Virus record (IMG/VR): IMGVR_UViG_3300020187_000002
Reading direction: 5' to 3' (one strand)
From: a virus
DNA: 55,181 nucleotides
Position numbers and translations under genes: made by a program. Shown here piece by piece: positions 27,575 to 35,009 of the stretch; position 1 is the stretch's first letter; the number at the start of each line of letters is the position of its first letter. Below the pieces are notes generated by a model. The model ran no database searches, was not told the origin of the DNA, and was given only the letters and a program-made list of their open reading frames with translations.

Positions 27575-28186
27575 ATGCCTGCACCTAAGTCCCAACCACC
27601 TGCTGTAAAGAAGAAGGCAGGAAGGCCCAGAGCAACGAAAGCACAACCTTTGACCCGCAAGCAGGAACTGTTTGTAAAAGAACTGGTTTCTAAAGATGGG
27701 CAGATCACAATGAGGGAAGCTGCTGTTAATGCCGGTTATCCCGTAAGCTCCGCTCACACTAGAGCGTATGAGCTAACCAATCCGAACATCAGCCCGCACG
27801 TAGTACATGCTATTCAAGCTTATCGTGCAGAACTGGATGAAAAGTTTGGAGTCAACTACCAACGCCATTTGCGAGACCTGCAAACCATTCGTGATATGGC
27901 TTTAAACAACGGCGCATATAGTGCAGCCGTCCAAGCCGAATACAGACGTGGGCAAGCGCAAGGCGACATCTATGTAAGTAAGAGTGAAATAAGAACTGGC
28001 AGCATCGACAGTATGAGCAAAGATGAAGTCCTGAAAGCACTCAAGGAGATAAAACAAAGCTATGCCCCGATCACTATCGACGTTACTCCCGAAGGAGAGA
28101 GCAATCCCCAAAACCGCGACAAAGCGAGAGGCCGACTTCTGGAGGCAGATGAAGACGGGGATGGAGAAAACCGAACGCAACATTAA
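27575..28186 (+). CDS. terS: Terminase small subunit (Terminase_2-like)
   Basis: 'LTRKQELFVKELVSKDGQITMREAAVNAGYPVSSAHTRAYELTNPNISPHVVHAIQ' matches the TerS HTH signature. RBS GGAG upstream. Confidence 0.75.
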   Translation: MPAPKSQPPAVKKKAGRPRATKAQPLTRKQELFVKELVSKDGQITMREAAVNAGYPVSSAHTRAYELTNPNISPHVVHAIQAYRAELDEKFGVNYQRHLRDLQTIRDMALNNGAYSAAVQAEYRRGQAQGDIYVSKSEIRTGSIDSMSKDEVLKALKEIKQSYAPITIDVTPEGESNPQNRDKARGRLLEADEDGDGENRTQH

Positions 28187-28541
28187 AGCAACCCGGTTAG
28201 AAACGTGGGCAATGCCCGGAGTGCCGGACGTGGTTTTACTGGATGAGTTTGGCAATTTTCACTTTGTAGAACTGAAAGCAACCGCAGGCAACGCGGTAGA
28301 TTTACGACCCCACCAAGTTGCATGGCTAACTAATCATGGGCACGGCAGTGTTTGGGTCATGGTTAAAAAGCACAAAACAAAAAACCAACCAGAACAATTG
28401 TTTTTGTTCAAAGGCGCGGATGCGGTAGATTTAAAAATGGAAGGTTTGAAGGTGAAGCCTTATCACCATGTAGCTGGTAAAGTAGACTGGACCGAAGTTT
28501 TTACCTTGATTTGTCCCACAAGATCGCATACAATCCCATAG
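28149..28541 (+). CDS. VRR-NUC / PD-(D/E)xK nuclease
   Basis: 'GVPDVVLLDEFGNFHFVELKATAGNAVDLRPHQVAWL' carries PD...ExK...Q..W. Start is at 28149 or 28161. Overlaps the terS 3' end. Confidence 0.7.
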   Translation: MKTGMEKTERNIKATRLETWAMPGVPDVVLLDEFGNFHFVELKATAGNAVDLRPHQVAWLTNHGHGSVWVMVKKHKTKNQPEQLFLFKGADAVDLKMEGLKVKPYHHVAGKVDWTEVFTLICPTRSHTIP

Positions 28542-28566
28542 TCAACAACCCTATGGAGGAACCGAC

Positions 28567-28695
28567 ATGTTTATATTGCGTTTTATTAGTCGTTTGATTT
28601 ACGGATCGGAAGCGATAGAAAATTTTGAAAAAAAACAACGCCAACCAAAACCACAGCGCCGACCGCAGCAGCGTGTTAAACGTAGGCGCAAATAA
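28567..28695 (+). CDS. Possible 42-aa highly basic peptide
   Basis: GGAGG lies 7 nt upstream of the ATG. 'MFILRFISRLIYGSEAIENFEKKQRQPKPQRRPQQRVKRRRK'. Confidence 0.35.
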   Translation: MFILRFISRLIYGSEAIENFEKKQRQPKPQRRPQQRVKRRRK

Positions 28696-28710
28696 AAAAG
28701 TAAAAAATTA

Positions 28711-28734
28711 AACCCGGTTGACGCCGGGTTTTTT
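28711..28734 (+). terminator. Rho-independent terminator ending the terS operon
   Basis: AACCCGG-TTGACG-CCGGGTT followed by a T-run. Confidence 0.65.
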
Positions 28735-28769
28735 ATTGGGTAAGGTATGCGATAAATCTTATATCAACT

Positions 28770-29528
28770 ATGGGGGCAACCATGTTAAAGACAGTAGAAA
28801 TCAGTAGAGCAGAAAAAACCAACGGGATCGCAGTAACCTATCGCGCAGGCAATGGCGAAAAGTATGCGACCTGCCCGGCATCTTGCAAAATGAATTGCAG
28901 CGGTAAAGGTGCGCAGGAAATTGACGCAGATTATTTTGATGCGTTATTAGATGCGGTTCCGAATAAAGGCCAGTCTTTTACCTATACGCATTTCAGTTGG
29001 AACAAATGGGCCGACAAATTAAAGCCGGGTAAAACGGTGGTTAACTTTTCTGCGGATACTTTAGTAAGTGCTGCCGCAGCATCGCGAGCGGTTCCGACCG
29101 TTGTAGTGCTGCCGGAATCCGAATGGGAGAACGGGAAAAAAACCAGCGCACCATTATTTGGTCGAACTAATAACCGCGGCGACTTTATAGTTTCGGACCG
29201 GGTGCCGGTGGTTCGCTGCCCCGCAGAATACCGCGACGGATTTAGCTGCCGCGATTGTGGCAACGGCGATCCACTTTGCGCACGTTTGGACCGGGATTTT
29301 ATTATCGGCTTTACTGCGCACGGTGCCAGCAAGAAAAAAGCAGCGGACCCGGATACCCGCGGCGGATGCTATGCCGACGGCGGAAACGTTCGGCTACATT
29401 GGGACGCCACCAGCAACCACCACCAGCCCGATGAGACCGACGGCGAAAAGCTTAAAAGGTTTGCCAAGTCTTTACCGCCGCGCAGTATTATCCGCCATCA
29501 CGTCGCCGGGGATATTGGAGCGGAATAA
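28770..29528 (+). CDS. Cys-rich protein of unknown function
   Basis: 252 aa (alternative start at 28782) with 8 Cys in clusters: 'CPASCKMNC', 'CPAEYRDGFSCRDCGNGDPLC', 'GGCYADGG'. Confidence 0.6.
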   Translation: MGATMLKTVEISRAEKTNGIAVTYRAGNGEKYATCPASCKMNCSGKGAQEIDADYFDALLDAVPNKGQSFTYTHFSWNKWADKLKPGKTVVNFSADTLVSAAAASRAVPTVVVLPESEWENGKKTSAPLFGRTNNRGDFIVSDRVPVVRCPAEYRDGFSCRDCGNGDPLCARLDRDFIIGFTAHGASKKKAADPDTRGGCYADGGNVRLHWDATSNHHQPDETDGEKLKRFAKSLPPRSIIRHHVAGDIGAE

Positions 29529-29576
29529 CTTTTTAAAATATTAGCTTGCACCATATACAATTTTATGGGATATTAT

Positions 29577-29613
29577 GGGGGACGGGAGCAATTCCGCCCC
29601 CGTTTTTGTTTTT
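29577..29613 (+). terminator. Rho-independent terminator abutting the DUF932 RBS
   Basis: GGGGGACGG / CCGCCCCC stem followed by TTTTTGTTTTT. The RBS TACGGAG starts at 29613. Confidence 0.65.
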
Positions 29614-29627
29614 ACGGAGAACATAAT

Positions 29628-30818
29628 ATGACTTATACAACTAACGCATTCGCGCATGGCATTGGCAATTCTGCTGTTTCATCACAATGGTTTAGCCGCC
29701 CGGACGATCAAAAGTTTTTGACGCTCGATAATATGCTTTCGTTTAAAAAGAACGATGCGCAACGCATGACAAGCCGAACGGTTGACACTCACAAAATCCA
29801 GATTGTTGGCGAGTTCGACGAAGCAAACCCAAGCCGCGGCGATTTGAGAATTGAATATGCCGACGATAATAACCGGGACCACGTTAACACCCCGACCAAT
29901 TGGAGCTTTGGCCAATTGTCCCAGCTATCGGGAGCGCCTGCCGGATACCTTAAAGACCTGCCCGCACCATTGGCGGCGGACTGTATCCAATGGGGTTTGC
30001 GCTATAACCGTGGCCGTGAACTGGTCAAGGTATACGGAAGCCAAGCCGATGGCGGCGACTTACGTGCGGCGACTGGTCCAGACTATGGCCGCATTTATGA
30101 TTGGGAAATCTTGGAGCCGGTTAAAAAACTGGTGGACGCATCCGGCGGACGTTGGAAAGTGCCCGGCATGATGACGGGAAGCCGTGACGGTTTAGCCGTT
30201 TACGATCCCGACGTGCCGGTGACGATGGATACAACTACATTATTCGCCAGCGACCGCGACGTTTTTGTTTTCTTGGTAGATGATCGCAACCCTATCGAAG
30301 TCGGTAAGCTGCCGAACGGCGAGCCCGATTTGATGTTCCGCGGGTTTTACGCTTGGAACAGTGAAACCGGTAGCAAGACGGCAGGCATTGCCGCGATGTA
30401 TTTGCGTGGGGTTTGTATGAATCGAAATCTCTGGGGCGTTGAAAACTTTCAAGAGATCAAGATTAGACATACCAAATTCGCTCCGGATCGTTTCGCGATG
30501 GAAGCCCGCCCAGCATTGGAAAGCTTTGCGCATGGATCAACTGCGACGTTTGTCGAAGGCGTCCAAGCCGCGAAAGCCGCCAAGATTGCGCACGATGATG
30601 AAAGCCGTTTGGAGTTTTTAAGCAAGCGAGCCGGATTATCTGGACGCATGGCGAAAGCCGCGAACGCTCGACACTTGAAGGAAGAGGGCCGCCCAGTCGA
30701 AACCGTTTGGGATGCCGCGCAGGCTATTACCGCAATAGCGCGAGACATTCCCCACCAAGATGCCCGCATCGAAGTGGAACGAAAAGCCGGTGCGCTACTG
30801 GATAAAGTCGCCGCATAA
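29628..30818 (+). CDS. DUF932-family protein (phage/plasmid-like, function unknown)
   Basis: 396 aa from the ATG at 29628 (RBS TACGGAG). 'FYAWNSETGSKTAGIAAMYLRGVCMNRNLWG' matches the 'NShDGS...R.VC.N' core recalled for DUF932. Confidence 0.65.
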   Translation: MTYTTNAFAHGIGNSAVSSQWFSRPDDQKFLTLDNMLSFKKNDAQRMTSRTVDTHKIQIVGEFDEANPSRGDLRIEYADDNNRDHVNTPTNWSFGQLSQLSGAPAGYLKDLPAPLAADCIQWGLRYNRGRELVKVYGSQADGGDLRAATGPDYGRIYDWEILEPVKKLVDASGGRWKVPGMMTGSRDGLAVYDPDVPVTMDTTTLFASDRDVFVFLVDDRNPIEVGKLPNGEPDLMFRGFYAWNSETGSKTAGIAAMYLRGVCMNRNLWGVENFQEIKIRHTKFAPDRFAMEARPALESFAHGSTATFVEGVQAAKAAKIAHDDESRLEFLSKRAGLSGRMAKAANARHLKEEGRPVETVWDAAQAITAIARDIPHQDARIEVERKAGALLDKVAA

Positions 30819-30840
30819 CACCAACGACAACGCAAAACGA

Positions 30841-30866
30841 AAGCCCGCCATTGTGCGGGCTTTTTT
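30841..30866 (+). terminator. Terminator copy 1 of 3 (AAGCCCGCCATTGTGCGGGCTTTTTT)
   Basis: 8-bp GC stem plus T6, directly after the DUF932 stop. Confidence 0.8.
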
Positions 30867-30874
30867 GTTGGGGG

Positions 30875-30904
30875 TTTACTTTCTATAAAGTTATCCCATA
30901 TAAT
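30875..30904 (+). promoter_or_regulatory. Sigma70-like promoter, TTTACT-N18-TATAAT
   Basis: Perfect -10. Paralogous to 31566-31593. Confidence 0.55.
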
Positions 30905-30955
30905 CCCATACGACGGCGGGCAAGCCGTTTAACTTTAACCTACGGAGAATTAACT

Positions 30956-31333
30956 ATGATCGAAGTCAAAACAGATATTAATTACTTGGACCGTCTTGCG
31001 GCGGATAGCATCGAAGCCGGACGCGACGCAACCGGCGCGGATATTAGAGCGGCGGCGGTGGATATTAAAAACTTGAAAGAATACGCCGACCGGCTGGAGC
31101 GCAGCATTAACGAAATGAGCGCCGAAATTCAAACCCTGCGCGATGCGAGCGGCGACGATATTATAACCCTGCTGGATCGCCGGATTGATCGCGCTATATC
31201 CCAGCGGCTGGAAACAGAAAACACCAGCGACGAAACCATTCGCGAAACCGTGCGGGATATGATCCGCGACGGCGACGTGAGCGTGAGCTTGGATTATTCA
31301 AACGTCGAGCTTGAATTAAGTTTGGAGGTTTAA
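30956..31333 (+). CDS. Acidic coiled-coil protein
   Basis: 125 aa from the ATG at 30956 (RBS TACGGAG). The track start at 30851 lies inside the terminator/promoter. Confidence 0.55.
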   Translation: MIEVKTDINYLDRLAADSIEAGRDATGADIRAAAVDIKNLKEYADRLERSINEMSAEIQTLRDASGDDIITLLDRRIDRAISQRLETENTSDETIRETVRDMIRDGDVSVSLDYSNVELELSLEV

Positions 31334-31335
31334 CG

Positions 31336-31512
31336 ATGGTCGTCACTACTCGTAAACAACGCGAAGCACTGGCCCGTAAATGGCAGCAAGATCCGCAGGG
31401 TTTAACCTACCGACAATTTCGCGCCACCGTGTTGGGCGGCTGGGACTGTATAATGGTCCGCTGGTGTGGGATGTGGCTTGGAATTGAGCCCGACGGATAC
31501 ACCCACAGTTAA
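31336..31512 (+). CDS. Small conserved-looking protein (58 aa, below the track cutoff)
   Basis: GGAGG lies 7 nt upstream. '...LTYRQFRATVLGGWDCIMVRWCGMWLGIEPDGYTHS' recalls small ORFs next to DUF932 in ICEs/plasmids. This is a memory, not verified. Confidence 0.5.
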   Translation: MVVTTRKQREALARKWQQDPQGLTYRQFRATVLGGWDCIMVRWCGMWLGIEPDGYTHS

Positions 31513-31532
31513 CACCAAACCAGCGCCACCGA

Positions 31533-31558
31533 AGCCCGCCATTGTGCGGGCTTTTTTT
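31533..31558 (+). terminator. Terminator copy 2 of 3
   Basis: AAGCCCGCCATTGTGCGGGCTTTTTTT, identical in stem and loop to copy 1. Confidence 0.8.
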
Positions 31559-31565
31559 ATGGGGT

Positions 31566-31593
31566 TTTACTTTTTGAAAAGTTATCCTATAAT
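31566..31593 (+). promoter_or_regulatory. Sigma70-like promoter, TTTACT-N16-TATAAT
   Basis: Paralogous to 30875-30904. Followed by a 9-bp leader hairpin at 31601-31624. Confidence 0.55.
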
Positions 31594-31641
31594 ATCGCAT
31601 ATGGGGGGCAATCAAGCCGCCCATACTACGGAGTATATAAT

Positions 31642-32055
31642 ATGGAAAACGTTCACACTTTAAACGTCCGCCCGTCGGACATTCTACTGGATCGGGTTTT
31701 TAACCCTGCCGGTGATGACAACCTAAACAGGGCAACCCCTGCAAATTTGGCGGAGGCCTGCGGGATTATCCCCGACTTTTTCTGCCAAGCTTGCATTGAA
31801 GCCGAGCCGCTAACACTGGACGCCATCGCGGCGGGCATGGATAACGCTTATCAAATGGGCGGCTTTGCTTATCCATTCGGCGGCACCATTGACGACCACA
31901 ACGGGACGTATCTAAGCGAATGGCAGGACGACGACGATTTGCCACCGCTGGCGCGTTTCATCTTCGAGGGCTTCGAGCTTTTCGTTTATGAGTACGGGAT
32001 CGCCGCAATTCGCGACCGTGCAACCCGTGAGACTAAGATCGCGAGGTTTGACTAA
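31642..32055 (+). CDS. Acidic 137-aa protein of unknown function
   Basis: RBS TACGGAG. Contains an Asp run 'WQDDDDLPP'. No family recognised. Confidence 0.6.
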   Translation: MENVHTLNVRPSDILLDRVFNPAGDDNLNRATPANLAEACGIIPDFFCQACIEAEPLTLDAIAAGMDNAYQMGGFAYPFGGTIDDHNGTYLSEWQDDDDLPPLARFIFEGFELFVYEYGIAAIRDRATRETKIARFD

Positions 32056-32219
32056 TGGAAGCCGCAAAGCAAACCGAAGAGCAAACCACCGCGCAAGCCC
32101 TGCTGTTTCAATTGCAATGGATCGGCGTAATGGGGATGGCTGGCCGCCAAGACGAAGCCGACGCGGCATACGTTAAGGCGCAGAAACTAGCGCAGCAACT
32201 GGTGGACGCTGGCCACTAG
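32055..32219 (+). CDS. Possible 54-aa protein
   Basis: TAATG coupling to the upstream gene. 'MEAAKQTEEQTTAQALLFQLQWIGVMGMAGRQDEADAAYVKAQKLAQQLVDAGH'. Confidence 0.4.
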   Translation: MEAAKQTEEQTTAQALLFQLQWIGVMGMAGRQDEADAAYVKAQKLAQQLVDAGH

Positions 32220-32240
32220 CGCCACCGATCCGCCGACACT

Positions 32241-32266
32241 AAGCCCGCCACCGTGCGGGCTTTTTT
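32241..32266 (+). terminator. Terminator copy 3 of 3 (loop variant CACCGT)
   Basis: AAGCCCGCCACCGTGCGGGCTTTTTT. Confidence 0.8.
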
Positions 32267-32640
32267 ATGTCCGTGTTAAACAGTTAAATACGGCGGGCCC
32301 CGCCCCGCGCACCAGTTCCCAAACCTACGGGCCGCGATCCCCAGCCGGTGGCAGTTATCCGCGACGCGCTGGCCGCTGGCCGTGGTCCCCGATCCCAGCC
32401 CGTGGAAGTTAAACCCCAGCCGGTGGAAGTTAAACCGATGACTTCCAAGCGTGGCCGGTCGCCACCGATCCGGGGCCGCTGGCCGTGATCCATTGCCCCG
32501 GAACATTGCGCAGGGTCCCCCGGCTATCGGGTCAAATGCCGTGGCCACCGATCCGGGAGCTGCGCCGCGCCGACCGCGCACCCACGTCCGCCGTACCGGG
32601 GCTAGGGCCATGTTTCTCGCAAATAATTACCATATTTTTT
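32267..32640. repeat. GC-rich non-coding repeat block
   Basis: - 21-nt tandem CCCAGCC(C/G)GTGGAAGTTAAAC (32394-32435), with a degenerate copy near 32340.
- GCCACCGATCCG x3 (32221, 32461, 32544).
- GGCCGCTGGCCGTG x2 (32371, 32474).
- Six GATC sites. Confidence 0.8.
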
Positions 32641-32681
32641 GAATCAGAATTAACTGTCTTATATTTGTGCTTAAAATCGCA

Positions 32682-32735
32682 TATAATGCGTGGTATGTTC
32701 CACGTGGAACATCGCAAATTGTTTCACGTGAAACA
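32682..32735 (+). promoter_or_regulatory. terL promoter -10 (TATAAT 32682-87) followed by two perfect CACGTG-centred palindromes
   Basis: ATGTTCCACGTGGAACAT (32695-32712) and TGTTTCACGTGAAACA (32720-32735), with centres 24 bp apart. Confidence 0.6.
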
Positions 32736-32772
32736 TTAAAAACTGCGTATGAAAAATTAGCTAGGGACCCCT

Positions 32773-34236
32773 ATGAGTACAGCGCAAAACACGTTGCTAG
32801 AAGACAAAAAACTGAAGCTTGAGCTACGGCTCGCGCAGCTTGAAAAGAACGAGCAGTGCCGTGATGATTTTTTAACTTTCGTAAAAACCGTTTGGCCGGA
32901 CTTTATTGCTGGCCGTCACCATAGAATCATTGCCGAGAAGCTGGATCGTGTTGCTCGTGGCGAGTTAAAGCGTCTAATCATCAACATGGCACCGCGGCAC
33001 ACGAAGTCTGAGTTCGCATCCTTTTTGTTCCCGGCGTGGATGATGGGCCGTAACCCGAAAATGAAGATCATTCAGGCGACGCACACGACAGAATTAGCGG
33101 TTAACTTTGGTCGTAAGACAAAAAACATGATTGAAAGTGACGATTTCAAGGATATTTTCCCTGAAGTTAAGCTTGCTGCGGACAGTAAGGCCTCTGGTCG
33201 GTGGGACACGAACAAAGGTGGTATGTACTATGCGGTAGGTGTTGGCTCGAACTTGGCTGGTCGTGGTGGTGATTTGGTGATTATTGATGACCCGCACTCG
33301 GAACAGACGGCGATGAGCAACACTGGCTTTGATGATGCGTGGGATTGGTACACAGGTGGTCCTAGACAGCGTTTACAACCGGGCGGGTCAATAGTTATTG
33401 TTCAGACCAGATGGTCTGAGAAGGACATGACGGGCCAATTATTACGTGCGATGGCAAAAGACCCGTTGGCGGACCAATGGGAAGTTGTGGAGTTACCGGC
33501 AATTTTTGAGGATGGGACTCCGTGCTGGCCTGAGTATTGGAGTTTGGAGGATTTGACCGCGGTAAAGGCGTCGATTCCTCCGTCTAAGTGGAACGCGCAG
33601 TATCAACAAAATCCTACGGGTGAAGAGAATGCGATCATTCGACGCGAGTGGTGGCGTGTTTGGGAGCCTGAAAAGATTCCGCAATTGGAATATGTGATAC
33701 AAAGTTACGATACGGCTTTTAGTAAAAGGGAAACGGCGGACTATTCTGCGATTACTACGTGGGGTGTATTTTATCCGAACGAGGGTGGTTCGGGTCCCAA
33801 CCTGATCTTATTAGATAGTAAAAAGGGACGTTGGGATTTTCCTGAGTTGAAACAAGTTGCGCTTGACAACTATAAATTTTGGGAACCAGATACAGTTATT
33901 GTTGAAGCCAAAGCTAGTGGTATGCCGTTGACACACGAGTTAAGAAATATGGGTATACCAGTTGTTAACTTTACACCGAGCCGCGGTAACGATAAGGTGA
34001 GTCGAGTACATAGTGTATCGCCATTGTTTGAAGCAGGGATGGTTTGGGCCCCCGACGAGACTTTTTCGGACGAGTTAATCGAAGAAGTGGCTGCTTTTCC
34101 TAATGGTGAGCATGATGATTTGGTGGATAGTATGACACAGGCGCTTATGCGCTATAGACAAGGAAACTTTGTACAACTGCCAACAGATGACTGGGAAGAT
34201 GACGAAAACCATGCTAAAGTGAAAGCGTATTATTAA
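32773..34236 (+). CDS. terL: Terminase large subunit
   Basis: 487 aa with an ATPase N-half ('MAPRHTKSEF', 'LVIIDDPH'), a nuclease C-half ('IQSYDTAFS...') and the typical C-terminal 'GEHDDLVDSMTQAL'. Confidence 0.9.
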   Translation: MSTAQNTLLEDKKLKLELRLAQLEKNEQCRDDFLTFVKTVWPDFIAGRHHRIIAEKLDRVARGELKRLIINMAPRHTKSEFASFLFPAWMMGRNPKMKIIQATHTTELAVNFGRKTKNMIESDDFKDIFPEVKLAADSKASGRWDTNKGGMYYAVGVGSNLAGRGGDLVIIDDPHSEQTAMSNTGFDDAWDWYTGGPRQRLQPGGSIVIVQTRWSEKDMTGQLLRAMAKDPLADQWEVVELPAIFEDGTPCWPEYWSLEDLTAVKASIPPSKWNAQYQQNPTGEENAIIRREWWRVWEPEKIPQLEYVIQSYDTAFSKRETADYSAITTWGVFYPNEGGSGPNLILLDSKKGRWDFPELKQVALDNYKFWEPDTVIVEAKASGMPLTHELRNMGIPVVNFTPSRGNDKVSRVHSVSPLFEAGMVWAPDETFSDELIEEVAAFPNGEHDDLVDSMTQALMRYRQGNFVQLPTDDWEDDENHAKVKAYY

Positions 34237-34260
34237 CTTTTTTTTATGGAAGGCCTGCAA

Positions 34261-35001
34261 ATGAATAGTGCCGCGGTAAATCTTGGAGCGGGCGGATTTG
34301 TCTCCTACTTTGAGGACGGCGGAGCTACGGTCGTTTTAGAAGAGGGTCAACCTGTTGATCCACAAATAGAACAAGAGTTCGATGAACGCGGTGTAGGTAC
34401 TTTTTTCCTAGAACAATATACTCCTTTTGCTTCACCTCCTGAAGGCGGCCAGTTCGATGCCGACAAACAGTCTGAGATAAGAGCGTCTGGTAATCCGGGT
34501 TCCGCGGCCCGCGAAACATACTACCCGGAAGGTAATACTTTTTACGAAACCCTACAACAAGACTACGACTATCCGTTAGTTCAAGACCCTATAGAGGGTC
34601 CAAATCGTCATGGTCGGCCAGCCGGTCGCCAAGATTTACCCACCCCTCAAGAACTAGCGGACACTCGTGGGCACATGTTGGGTAGTGCTTTGATGGCCGC
34701 GGACTACGGCCCAAAGACCGCAATGACGGTAGGAAACCTTGGAGAAGATATTGGTTTCTCAAATCGCTTACACCGTGCTATGGATAAGCGGAACAATGCG
34801 GTAGGTATTTCAATTTTTAAAGCGGCTGGTATAGATGCGACACCTGCTCAGTTGGCAAAGATGGTGGACGCAAAGATATTTAAACAGCTAGATGTAATTA
34901 TGGGACGTACTGCGAATGATCGTAGTTTTAAGAGTCCCGAGAAGGGCCCCGATCTCTATATACCCAGAGATCAGTACGGTTACTTCATATCGGAATATTA
35001 G
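34261..35001 (+). CDS. Hypothetical protein between terL and portal
   Basis: I prefer the ATG at 34261 (GGAAGG 7 nt upstream) over 34246. 246 aa. The N-terminus carries 'GAGGFVSYFEDGGATV'. Confidence 0.55.
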   Translation: MNSAAVNLGAGGFVSYFEDGGATVVLEEGQPVDPQIEQEFDERGVGTFFLEQYTPFASPPEGGQFDADKQSEIRASGNPGSAARETYYPEGNTFYETLQQDYDYPLVQDPIEGPNRHGRPAGRQDLPTPQELADTRGHMLGSALMAADYGPKTAMTVGNLGEDIGFSNRLHRAMDKRNNAVGISIFKAAGIDATPAQLAKMVDAKIFKQLDVIMGRTANDRSFKSPEKGPDLYIPRDQYGYFISEY

Positions 35002-35009
35002 GAGTAGCA

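Larger units (their letters stand above)
28736..32650 (+). other. Accessory island between terS operon and terL (moron cassettes plus GC-rich repeat block)
   Basis: Its genes have individual promoters and terminators. Codon choice shifts by eye to GCG/GCC/CGC/CCG-rich. Gene content is plasmid/ICE-like. Confidence 0.6.

Noticed and set aside
29565-29627. Track start codons at 29565, 30851, 18186, 23349, 41822, 25841 and 47357
   Set aside because: These upstream extensions run through terminators, promoters or the preceding gene. Internal ATGs with good RBSs (29628, 30956, 18267, 23382, 41861, 25898, 47594) are preferred.
32394-32435. 21-nt tandem repeat as a mini-CRISPR array
   Set aside because: The two copies are directly adjacent with no spacers, there are only 2-3 copies, and there are no cas genes.
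32276-32739. ORFs of 61-111 aa on both strands inside the GC-rich block (32276..32611 -, 32451..32642 +, 32485..32739 +, and others)
   Set aside because: They overlap each other in several frames, are Arg/Pro/Gly/Ala-rich as expected for random GC-rich DNA, lack RBSs, and run through the terL promoter. I treat them as non-coding.
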